This document shows, one piece after another, positions 51,514 through 63,278 of a DNA stretch of 64,000 nucleotides. The stretch spans positions 10,478,001-10,542,000 of the forward strand of contig CM120641.1 of the NCBI GenBank assembly GCA_051362555.1, given 5' to 3'. Both the position numbers and the translations under genes were made by a program. This DNA comes from Lingula anatina. Its lineage: Eukaryota > Animalia > Brachiopoda. The notes below the pieces were generated by a model, which was not told where the DNA came from, made no database searches, and was given only the letters and a program-made list of their open reading frames with translations. The stretch's first letter is position 1, and the number at the start of each line of letters is the position of its first letter.

Positions 51514-54500
51514 ATTTTTTCTGTTCCAAACTTAGGCATTGATATCAGCGAGATGTATAGAAATGGAACTCATTACTATATGGTACACGCTGTCAATGAA
51601 GACAAAGGTTTGAAGTTACAGTGAGTAAATCTTATTGATGATAGTTATCTGCATTAGTGGTGAATCTAGGGTTTCGATTTCAAGAGGGTTATGCGGTCAA
51701 ACGCCCGGGGTAAGACCCTGATGACGTTATTCACCTGTGAGATAACAGTCTACAGTTAAGCACATGCAAATTAGGCCCTATTCAATTATTTTCCAAATTT
51801 CCTCATTTATTTACTGTTGTATTTCTATTTTACTTTTATTCAGGAAAAATGACGAAATCCTCGGTATACGACTCAAAGAGGGATATGTATCTCTTTTTAA
51901 AGGCTATCCAGATATCACAAAACTTTTCAATAAAGACGTTATTCAGCAAGATACTTTTGTGTTGGTAAGTGTTTCAAGCTCATTTTTAATTTCTTATGGA
52001 CCCCAGACCTCAAATGAAGAGATTCACACCGCATATTCTAGGCCTGTTGGTTTTACAATACAAAATAACAGTAAAGGTATAATAAGTCCTACAGATTTTA
52101 GGTCCCCTAAAAGATGAATTGATCCAATTTCTTTTTTTTTTTTTTTTTTTTTTCATTCTCCCACCTACAACCAAATCACAAGAAAAAAAATCAAATCTGT
52201 ACATACACACACTGGACAATAGAAGTGTCACCCCCTGAATCAGAGTATAAATCAAAGTTACATGTATTAACTTGAAGAGGCGGAATATAAGCAATTAATG
52301 TCAGAATATCAATACAGTTGAATTGTTCAGTCAGAACCGCTTCTTTTGTGAAATTTGATGTTAATAAAATGATACCAGGAGCATGTCATTCCACAGTCAT
52401 TTATCTCCCCCAATTGATTCAGTAGGGGTGACACTTCTATTGTCCAGTGTGTGTACTAAAAATAAAAACAGAATGACAGATCATGTTTTGCTGATGACAC
52501 CATCGATGTCATTTGTCTTTATTTTTCACGAACAGCGCAATACATATCGCTTCCTTGCTCAGTTTTTCTTTTGATTGAAGAACGTAATATAAAATACAAC
52601 TTTCTCACTGCATTATTTTGCTTTTGTTACGTTTCGTAGATAACTCGCAGACTCAATAAAAAATCGGAAGAGGAAGTAGAATTCCTTTACTACAAAATCG
52701 AAGTGAAAGTTAGAATTTTAAGGGGTAGAGGTACGTTTTCACCTTCTCTTTTCATAAAAGTCCTTATTTTCCACACAGTAACAAATAAAAGCAATAAAAT
52801 TAAAGAATAATATGTAATCGGAATATTTTTTATTGCATAGTGTTAGACAATATAGCATCTGATTTTTAACTTATTAGCTATCTAAATTAACTAAACGAAA
52901 TAATTAATTCTGTTGTTTGTGTTTTGCAGGAGGGGATGATATTATAAAATTCGATGTGTCGAGATCGCTGCTTGCAGTGATTGACATCGTCATTCCTGGT
53001 CACGGAGAGATTTCTGATGTCAAATCCGGCACTGTTACAACTTGCAATATCAAAAGCCTGCAGTCCGGAGATTTCATAGCACCAAACGCCAGTGGTCAAC
53101 CTGTCGACACCCCTCATCAGCGTAAGATTTCGGATTGACATTTTTATGTACTTTTTGTATGAATTATAAAACCGCTTGGACATTTCTGTTCACAGTTACG
53201 TAGGGATGACGACGATGATGGTTCTATATTTGTTGCTTTTCACCCTATCTATTTCTTTTATTTCTTTTTTCTTATAAGAGAAACCTTTTTTTTTTTTTTC
53301 GTTTAACTTATTGGACGTGAACTGAGCTTGATACCAAATCAAAACTAGCATATTTTGTATAAAGCATTTTTATTTCGAAATAAACCAATATCCGAGGTTC
53401 GTAGCAGTGGCACATGTAGCAACAATAACAATTCAGAAAAGTCTTCTCTTTCAGACAAACTGCAAGTTTTGTCTTATTTGGGAACCGACAACAGACGAGA
53501 TCAAGATGGAAATGTTGTTTATGTGTTTATCATAAAAGACTCATCGAACGGCCACGTGCTGTGTGTAAACGGTGATGGAGTTAAGTTTGAGGTAATTTGA
53601 ACAATCAATTTAATGACTTCTCTTAAGTTATTGAATCTGATAGATTCCTTTTGATCGGACGTCTCTTTATTATACAGTGCACGTTAAAATTAATTTTATT
53701 GCATTGTTTTAAATGCTGATAATTTCAAATTCAAAGATCTTAGTCAATAAACATTCGGTTATTTATTGTTTAGAGAACAAGTTTGTTCTAGGAGATATTC
53801 ATGCAGTATCAAAGAGTTAGATAAAAATGATTTTAAAGAAATTCCCGAAGTAATTAAGACTTTGGGAGCAAGCAGAATAAGGAACAGACTCGATAAAGTA
53901 TAACTTGGCGAGTTAAAAAAAATCGCTCGTGAAAATGCAAATATTAAACCATTTTCATTATTGACTCAGGGGACAAATGTGCCAAACAGTGCGGTAATTC
54001 AGTCAAGGACAACTGTGCAGAGTTCATATTTCCTCGGTCGACGGTACGATAAGAATATCTGGTTCTTCGAATCCCTGATTAAACCAGGTATTCTCTCTCT
54101 CTGTCTCACTCACGCACACACAACACACAAACACACGAAGGATCGAACTAATTTTTTTACCCTGAAGACTTGCGATTCGCTATAATTCTTTTAACACAAA
54201 GATCATGCTCTATTCGATGTACATTGCGTGTGGGATTTAAGGTTACTCTCTCTCTCTCTCTCCCTCTGTGTGTGTGTGTGTGAAAGAGACACACACACAC
54301 ACACACACGATCAAACTAATCAAACTAACACAAAGATCATGCTCTATCCGATGTACAATGCCTTTGGGATTTTCAGGTTACTTTCTCAACAGCACAGACA
54401 CCGAGGTAACACTCAAAAAGTTACACATCAATACGCGCCAACCGCTTGAGCAAGATGTGCTGTTCCAGTTGTTTCGTCGAAACGAAAGGGGGCGCCACAA

Positions 54501-54672
54501 GCTTTTGACTATGACTGGCAACGAATTTGTTGAGGCTGAGGAAGATCACGACTGTCAACCAGCCCATGTGGACGGATGTGGACTACAGTCACCCCTTCAG
54601 TCACCGTTTCTGTTTAATTCGGTGCCCACTGAAAGTTCACCTACCGTACTAGTCGCACGTGGGTCTGATTAA
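51514..54672 (+). CDS. IL-1/IL-18-like beta-trefoil protein with PDZ-like segment, copy B (altered C-terminus, 5' end unresolved)
   Basis: Exons 51514-51620, 51844-51964, 52640-52730, 52930-53121, 53455-53591, 53970-54087, 54377-54672 (1062 nt, in frame). Same phases as copy A; WFFESLIKPGYFLNST motif. A frameshift plus deletion after EEDHD replaces the Cys-rich tail. Confidence 0.75.
52206..52453. mobile_element. 248-bp Tc1/mariner-type MITE specific to copy B
   Basis: TIR CACACACTGGACAATAGAAGTGTCACCCC and its exact reverse complement; TA TSD on both sides. Confidence 0.85.
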
Positions 54673-55260
54673 TTATTGGCCAGTTCTTGAACATCAGATG
54701 TTACAGAGACAATGCACTGAAACGATTTCAAGAGTATCTTTATTTAGAAATGAGATTTGAAATCGCCTTATTCAGTTGATTTAAAACGTCTGTAGTTGTT
54801 GTAAGCAACGGCTGTAACGGAACTTTTTTAAAGATTTATAGTTTAAAAGAAAACGTGTGGAGCCGTATATCGCTTTGTCTATCAATCTTCATAATGTAAT
54901 AAATGGAATGAATAGCTGTAGAAATAAGGTTTCTTTTGATATGTCACATGATGGGATAATTGGTATGTTACGCAGATATAGACGGTTCTTGGCACCCTAC
55001 ACCCTGTCTCCCTTTAAGACTGCGTCTGAATTTTCCTTTTTGAAGGAGCGTGAAGCCTAAAACGATTCTTCTTTTAGTGCTCTTAGACTGTTTATTCCTG
55101 TTTATTTAGAATAAAACACGACGTTTTTGTCAATCACATTTTCGATTTGCATTTTCCCTTTTTACTTGTAGTCACTCTGCGAATCAATATAATACGTTTT
55201 GAGGATATTCCAGTCACGTGGCCACAATGAACCTATAATGCATATCAACGAAATTATCTA

Positions 55261-55283
55261 TGACTCACCTCGTGGGAAATCCC
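55261..55283 (+). promoter_or_regulatory. Adjacent AP-1 and NF-kB consensus sites
   Basis: TGACTCA (55261-55267) and GGGAAATCCC (55274-55283), 80-100 bp upstream of the ATG at 55364. Confidence 0.65.
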
Positions 55284-55363
55284 GGTCAAGCCTTTTTCAT
55301 TTGCTGCATTCATACGACACCACAGAAAAGCTGGATACCATCGATGGTTAAAGTCTTAAATCT

Positions 55364-58023
55364 ATGAGCTGTTGCCAAACACGGAACAAAATGAAGGATA
55401 AAACAAAGCCGAAAATTTCGCGTGATTTTAGTGTTATCAGCACTACCAGTACGCTCATGGAGCGACCCAAGCTGTCTGAGATAATACAACAGGTCCGGTG
55501 CGAAGAGGAGCAGAGGTTGTGCTATCTAGAAGATGAGGTAAATGACTTTGAATTCGGTGCAAACTATTCGGAAAGTGGTTTGAATATTTAAAACAAATAA
55601 CCTCTCTTGTTGTTTGACAGCTTGCTTGGATAAAGTTTATACATACATAGTATGCGAGTTAATACGTTCTCCCTTTCTTCAAAGAGCCATTCAAGTCTCA
55701 ATCGTAGAAAGTTTCGTTCTCGCATACAGTCGTATAAGCTTAGATCTAAAGGTTAAAGGATGGAAATTTTTCTACGGTTGCAGAAATGTACATGTATAAT
55801 AAATGAAGCGCACAGGACACTAGTTCCGGAATTTTTGTGGTTATAGTTATACCATAGCTGTTTTGTTTTCCTTACATATCCGGGTTTGTTTAGTGTGGGT
55901 GCATATTTGCTCAGCGCCAGTCCTCTATTCTTTGAAAGTGTCTTACGCAAAGGCAAGGATCAGGTGTATATTTGACATTTGGTTGTCATATATTTAATTT
56001 GATTTTTAATACTGATATCTACACATATTAAGTCGATGCGTGATGGGATATGCGACTTTTTTTGGCGGGGGGGGGGGGGGGGGGATGATCTAGATCTGTT
56101 AGGAAAAAGAGGCATTTGACTTTAACTTCCCTAAACCTAGGACCCCAACACAATGTTAATCGGTTAGAATGTTTTTCTTTCAATTGCAGTGATTTCTAAA
56201 GATATAAATAGGGAGTGTTTTTTAAATAAATCATGAGCATAGATATAGTTGTTATCATTTTTCGGAAGGTGTGTTTCATGAAATAGTGAATTTTTCTCGT
56301 CAGTGTTTTTATTGCACTAATTTATTTGACTAATATCGGTATTTTTAGCAACTGACGTGAGGGTTTTACCTGTATTGCGTTTTTGAAAATGTTATTGATT
56401 GGAATAAAAATAGACATCGGGTAATCAAAGCTTTAGATGGACAAAATGGCGTATCCAAGAACTCTAGTATCTAATGATCATTTGTTTTATTTATTTACTT
56501 ATTTAATTTTGTGGAGAGCATCTAATGCTTTTAGCGCTTTGCCTCCATTTCTTTCGAATAAACGTTATTAAAAAAAGTATCTAGATAATGACAGTAATCA
56601 GTGCTTTAACATTTCAGAATGGTGACCATACCCTCAGGTGCCACGATTTTCTGAATGTCAAATTCCAAGAGGTCAAACTGCCTGACTGTCGACCGTTTCT
56701 GGAAGTCCACGGCACGAACCATCACGACGAGGAAGATGGAGCACGGAGTTTAGGATCCCAATTAAGGTAGAATTCCATCAATCATTTGGACGATTTCCAA
56801 AACTGTAGGGCCTACTTTTAAAAACGCGTATTTTACCTTTTATCATGTTCATGAAAATATAAAGACACTTAAGGTCGGAAATTAATGAGGGGAAATACTA
56901 TCAAATGAGTAGAATCGACAACATGATCGGCGGTTGAGGGCGGCGTTTAGATGACTCTCTCCTCTAAATCCTTAATGTCAATCTCTCAAAAGTGGACCGG
57001 TCCAGTTTAGTGTGCCGCTTGATGCGAAAAGGACTTGTAATTTGTTTACTATTGCAGAGCAAATGATGAGCTCTTAGGAATCATTGAGGGGCCAGATAAA
57101 ATGAACGATGAAGTTACAGCTGTCCTCGACATGGGACCATCCGAATTTATTGAATATGTTCAAGAATCCGTCAAAGAACTGGAGGAATTCATAATGGTAT
57201 GTCGCTCTGTCGCTTTTTTACATCAACTACCCAACCGCGCAGCTTGGATTTTTCATTGCTTGAATTTCTCGTAGTTATCATTTTTTTTAACCTTATCGTT
57301 AAAGAGTTGTTATTTGTATAATATAATCGAGTTCATTTCCTCCTGTCGATTTATTTTGGTCGCTTATCATCTGAAAATTGATTTTACGCCCACTTCACTT
57401 ATATACTCTTATTTATTGGTAACATTTTCAGATCTTTCGACGGAGAGAAAAAAATCCCACCAATGAAGCAAGACAATTCATCTACTTCAAACTTACCATC
57501 CAGATAAATCACACTGGTAAGCTGCTTTTATAAGCATTAGAATTAGATTAACTTTGAGGTGTTATGAAATTAATTGCATACCAAAATACTTGTTGCACAA
57601 TAGGAGAAATGGCCATAAATTGTGCCATAAATTGTGACTATGTCTAGTGAAAAATCAATCTGTATTCGTGTTGCATTTCTTTGGCAATCATGTTGTCACC
57701 ACGTCTTTGTAAAATCCTAGTATTTTCATCAGTTGATTAAAAGAAATGGGTCAAAGATTTTGCTCAAACTCTTACTGTTGCTTTCAGCTTCCGGGTACCA
57801 CGAAATAACCCGAATTAGCTGGGAGAGGCTGGAAGCAAGTATTGTCATTGATGATGGTGATAAAATATGGGACATCGAACCTGAGCCAACGTCTTCCACT
57901 TACTATGTCCAGTGTGCAGCTAACGGACAGTATTTGACACCATACGGATTAACGGAAAAAGAACGTATGTAAAGTTACATTCTTTTCTTAAACTGAATTG
58001 AGTTTCATGAATTAATGTGCACG

Positions 58024-58091
<68 letters not shown>

Positions 58092-59502
58092 TGTGTGTGT
58101 AAGTTATGGTGATGATGTTTTTGTTTTTATTTTCATTTTATTTATTTCAACGTCCATATTATTTGTAGATCAGTTATTTATATCAAGTTACCATGGGCAC
58201 CATGGAAGGACTGGAGAAATAGAAAATGTCGTAGTCATCGAAGACTATGAACGGGGATATATACTAGAAGCTTTTCCCAGAAGTAAAACGGTGATTTTCA
58301 ACCCTCAGGTATTACAAAGATATCAAGTGTCAGTGTTTAACCTGTAAATGTTACTGATATTCTTGTCACTTGCATTTGGAGTTTTTCAGAATCGATTTAA
58401 GTTGATTTAAAGATCGAATGAGTGTCGCTTGCATTAATATTTCATTCACAATGTGTTCTAAGGATTGTCAAAGACGTTTATTAAATTAAGCCAATTTGCA
58501 ATGGATTTTTACGAGTTTTTCGACTTATTAATAATAACTATTTTCTTTCATTCACAGACTAGCTCCGATGGTGCGGTTAGCTTAAGCAATGACACTCCTG
58601 CTGAGGAATGGATGTTTAAATGCATGCGCATACGGAAAAATGTCTTCTGTTTAGAATCTTTAAAGTTAAAAGGTATTCAACGAATTATTTCAATTTCGCA
58701 ATAGAACACACACAAACGCACGCGCGTTACTGGGCAAGATGGTATTAAAACAAAAATTTTCTGAAAGTTAACGTATTGGACGGCGATGAAACATCAATAT
58801 AAGGTATTTAAGCGAAAGTAAGTAACAAGTTCGAGGTTGTAGTAGTAAATTGGAAAGTCTACGTCAGTCACAGACAGATCATTTTAAGTATTTAATAATA
58901 AATAAGAAAAATGTGTCACCCTTATTCATGTGTTTCAGATGTTAGTGAATGATGTAAAAGCTTTATGTTTTTTATGTATATATTTTCAGGGTATTTCGTC
59001 AAGGTTAATGGCAACAAATTAATTTTGCGAAAGGACGTGGATTTTCAAGATCCCGAGTTTCAATTTGAATTTTATGAAGTGAAAAAAGTGATGCCTCATT
59101 ACAGAGAGTGGCCATCTTCTTCCTATCCAAATGAAACGGTCGACAAAGATATAGAAGAAGATATAGACGGTTTTGAGGTTATGATTAAACCAGAGGAAAC
59201 AAAGCCCGTGGAAAACGGTACCACTGGGACTAATAACGATTCTGGACCAGTAGAAACTAACCACACAAAGCCTGATATTGTGCCTGGGCCAATAGAAACC
59301 CGAGGACACAAAAAGTGATATTGTGCTTGGACCAGAAGAAACTGACGATAGAACAAGTGGTGTCAAGCCTAGGCCAGTGAATACAGATGAAATGGTATTA
59401 AGTCCATTGAAACCAGAAGACAATTTGAGAATCCCAAAGAGAAGTCGATTGAAAGCGTGTTTCAGCTGTTGTTGGACTTTTTTGAAGAAAAGAAATCGCT
59501 AA
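55364..59502 (+). CDS. IL-1/IL-18-like beta-trefoil protein with PDZ-like segment, divergent paralog C (435 aa as assembled; ~496 aa if a 1-nt insertion is corrected)
   Basis: Exons 55364-55537, 56618-56766, 57058-57196, 57432-57516, 57788-57964, 58169-58308, 58558-58672, 58990-59318 (1308 nt in frame). Same intron phases as copies A/B; no signal peptide. Motifs GSQLRANDELLGI, QLFISSY and WMFKCMRIRKNVFCLESLKLKGYFVKVNGNKLILRKDVDFQDPEFQFEF. A second frame continues to TAA at 59500-59502. Confidence 0.78.
58026..58100. repeat. (CT)n(GT)n compound microsatellite
   Basis: Perfect runs within an intron. Confidence 0.95.
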
Positions 59503-59726
59503 GTAACATCATTGAAGACTGACACTGTTTATCGAAACTATGTCTACGGCGAAATAATGTAATTGATTACTGACTTTTGCTTCAGTGTTCAATCTAATAT
59601 TTTTACAATTGTGTACAGAACTTGTAGATGCAGGGTCCCTTAATGAAAAAGTAGTGCGTCCTTACACGCTTGTTTATGTTAACAGTGACTTGTAAATATT
59701 TGTTTTTTCTTTCTTCTTTTTTTTAG

Positions 59727-59745
59727 ATTTATTTATGTCAATAAA
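59727..59745 (+). promoter_or_regulatory. AU-rich element and polyadenylation signal of paralog C
   Basis: ATTTATTTA (overlapping AUUUA) followed by AATAAA, ~230 nt after the distal stop. Confidence 0.4.
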
Positions 59746-62700
59746 TTCGGGCACAGACTCGTAATGCACTTTTTATCCCGCTGTTGTTATTTTTTGTGTA
59801 ATATTCAACGCCTTTCAGTTTGATAAAGATAAAACATTTACGTAGTCGAAGAATATATCCGTAGTTCGTGAAACCAACGTGGACTAAACCATTATATCCG
59901 GGAGTATAAGACACCTTTCAATAAGCAACCGGAAAAGTAAGTGCAGCTCTTGAATTCCTCTTCTGCGAAATGAATTAATGTAAGTAGGGCTTCTTCCTTG
60001 TTCCGTCATCATAATACAAAAGAAAAGTCTTGAGAGGAGAGTGTTACCTCCGACCAGGATTATTTTCATTCCTGTCCGTTATTTCCTTGTGTCACAGGCC
60101 ATGATGATCTCTTTATCTCCTCTCTATTTCTGTGCGTCATCCCCTCAAATGCCCCAATTTAATGTTATTATATGTTTTTACCTAAACAAATATTAGATCT
60201 TGGTTAAAAAAGAAAAAAGAAAAAAAAAACGGAAAAACTTCAAACTGTGTGGGTCATCTTGGGCCACGATTTTTTTCACTTTTTTCACTCTCTTGTGCAA
60301 TAAAGAACACAGTTGCTGTATGGGATTTTATTAGTACAAATTTTAGATAAAAATATAGCTGGATTCAGATCAATTGTATTTCATGATAGATGGGACGTTC
60401 TGAACATGCTCCTGTCTAATTTTGCCTTTGTACGCCTACACAGTCACAGTTGGCCTACAATCTAGTCACGCGGAACGTTCGAGTTAAACAACATCGCGAC
60501 AAACAAATGTGTTGGGATGTGCTGTTAAGCTATATCATGATTGTGCTTTTCTCTCTTTCTCGTCGCTATCATGAGTGATCAACAGGCTCATAGTCCCGCC
60601 GACACTGTTACAATCATTTACTTTAATTTTCATTGATAAAGGGTTGGAGGATGTTTCTCTTTTCTCTTGTTCACTGACTGTGCTGTCTTGTAAAATATAT
60701 CATTGCTTATTTAGACCAATATAAATGCATGGCCTATGGGTTCCTAACGCTAGTTATGATGTTATACAGTTTTCGTGTAAACAACCACATTTTATCCTTT
60801 CTATGTGGATAATTCTATAACTATTAGGTAAATATGTTTCATACATTTAATTTTTAGAAATCCTAGTTGTTTTTCTTTTAATATTTAGATAAACATTGAA
60901 ACTCGCATATTAAACAAAGCCAGAAGCGTGATTGGTAATAATAAATTTTGTGTTAAGAACACAGTAACTTCAACACATGTAAAAAAAATCGCGCACAAAA
61001 GCTTATTATGGCGGGAGAAGAAAAGGATCCTCAGAATATGTAGTAATATTTTCATGTATTACATGCATTATGCGTAATAGAAGACACTGGGTATTAACTT
61101 ATGGGAAAAGTATCGAAAACGTGATAAATATATCAGTTAAATTGAACGGAACTACTCGTCGTTCGGTCCTTAGCGGCACTGCCCTCATAATCATTACTAC
61201 TTTTTTTGTCAAAAGTAAGGAACGAAATTGTTAATATCAAGTCAAATTAGTGAATCGGAGGCATCAGTTTATCTGTACTGACGAATGTAGGTGAAAACAA
61301 CAAAAAGGGATTATGCAGCTATGATAAACTTGAGTATAAAAAATATGTCTAATAATATTCGTCATAAAGTATTAAAATTTCTAAAATTCTGTGATATAGT
61401 GGGAAACTTTTGTAACAAAGTAAAACGATTAATCTTGTAATTGATTGACTTATAGATATTACTTGATAACACGACGTAGGACCACATTAGCGTCATTAGT
61501 TTGTTGTATAAAACATTGACACATGATACCACACGCAGCAGCTCACAATGACAAGAGCTGACAATGAACTTAAAATAAATTTTGTCCGAGGCCAAAAAAT
61601 CCTTTTAAGAATTTGCCTGACATAGAACATTTTAGAAAATGCATCTTGAATGCGATCAAGATCAATTCTAATGGATTTCTTCTGCAACAATCTCCCTGTC
61701 CATAAACAGATCTAAAAATGTTCTTTTCGAACATTTTCGAAATGCAATCATAATTTTCTTTGTAACTTTATTTTATATTTATCGAAAAATAAAACGCAAT
61801 ATTTTAAAACGGTATAAGGTCTCAGCCCATTTAGTATAACCGTGATTAGATTGAACGTGTAGAAATAAAACAAGCGGTTTTTAATTTGGTAGGAGTTCAC
61901 ATTTACACATTAAGATCATTGGTCGTTTACACATTGTTTCTTCCTTTCCGTTTATGCACTTAGAATTATGAAATATAGCACCACCGCCTGCTGATTGCAA
62001 AACAAACCTCGTCACTTTAGAGACATTATGTGTGCAGGATGATCTATCTATCCACATCCACATGCGTAAGCATAAGATATGAGCTGCGCAGTGCGCATGC
62101 TGGTGTTATGACCTTAAACACACTAACATTTACAGAGGTAGGGTTATTTGCACGTCATTCCTCCTAACTACATCGCTCATACAGTAGGCGGGAATACTCC
62201 TAGCTGACTCACATATTTCTACGCCCAGCTAACGGGACAGATCGACAGACAGCAAAGAGAACGCTCACTTCACCTGATCCCCAGAGAATATGCCGTGGCA
62301 GGTGAGAAAAATTATTCCTAGCGTGACGTTATTATAATACGGTTGCCGCCTTGTTCAGATAGCGATAAGTTGCATTATTCAGGCAAGTAATATGCTAGCT
62401 CACGGCATACCAAACTTAAGATTTCTACGTTTAAATATGCGCCTTGAACTTAATATCCGTGTAATGTTATTTACAGACGGAACCGACACAATTTCATTGC
62501 GGGTCGTCACATGAATGTCACGATGTTGACAATGACATTATCTCAGATCACTTAAAAGGAGTCCGTCAAAGAAGTCTACTAAGAGTTTATAAAAGAACTT
62601 TTGGTTATTCAAGAATATGTTTAACATACATATCCATCTCATTATGTCCCACTGACTGAGACCAATTGTACTATAAAGTGATAAATCAGAAAAAGCACGT

Positions 62701-63164
62701 TGCATAGGCCTACATTGAAACTCATCAAGGCATGGTATCTTTTTTCATACACGCCGACGTTGTATCTACCTAGAGGTTATATGAGATAGGTGGGAAAAGC
62801 GAAAGGTCACCTACTTAATTCCGATCATTTATTATTCTCCACGGCGAAATGAAATTGGTTTTTAACTGCTTTTAGCCATGCTGTCCGGGGGCTAAATACA
62901 ATGTAGGAAACACCTTTGGGGTGTATATTCAGCCTTTTCGCCTATATACTACCACGCACCATAGTCTCTTTCCATGTAAACGTAGATCCAACTTCTGCCT
63001 CGCATTCCTGTCCATATAACATGACAGGAAAAACCCTAATTACATAGCCTCTACCGAAAGAAATTAGATAATAGGCATGTCATCATCTAGGGTTCGACTC
63101 TGATGAAAAGTAAGCGTATCTGAATAACGGGTACCGGAGAAGATCAGCATTGGTCAGAATTGTG

Positions 63165-63278
63165 CCGGAAGTGACGTGCAGTGGTGTTAGAAGCGAAGCT
63201 GAGTGGTCATTTTAACATAGAGGTGAACGGCAGTGAAGACGGGTTGTCGGAGGAAAAAGAAGTTTTCTAAACAACATG
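63165..63278 (+). promoter_or_regulatory. Probable promoter and first exon (Met-only) of a gene continuing beyond the window
   Basis: Overlapping ETS/CRE motif CCGGAAGTGACGT (63165-63177) in CpG-richer DNA, then AACAACATG|GTAAGA (ATG 63276-63278 abutting a strong donor). Confidence 0.55.

Larger units (their letters stand above)
49062..54800 (+). repeat. Segmental tandem duplication of ~41730-47210
   Basis: Collinear similarity of upstream DNA, exons, introns and 3' UTR between the two blocks. Confidence 0.9.

Noticed and set aside
54232-54250. Alternative acceptor for the last exon of copy B
   Set aside because: It is a partial intronic duplication (GGGATTTAAG|GTTACT) running straight into a CT microsatellite; the intact acceptor is at 54376.
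59884-62100. Short ORFs downstream of paralog C as a fourth IL-1-like copy
   Set aside because: No FES/LES-GYF motif or exon similarity to the three paralogs was found by eye.
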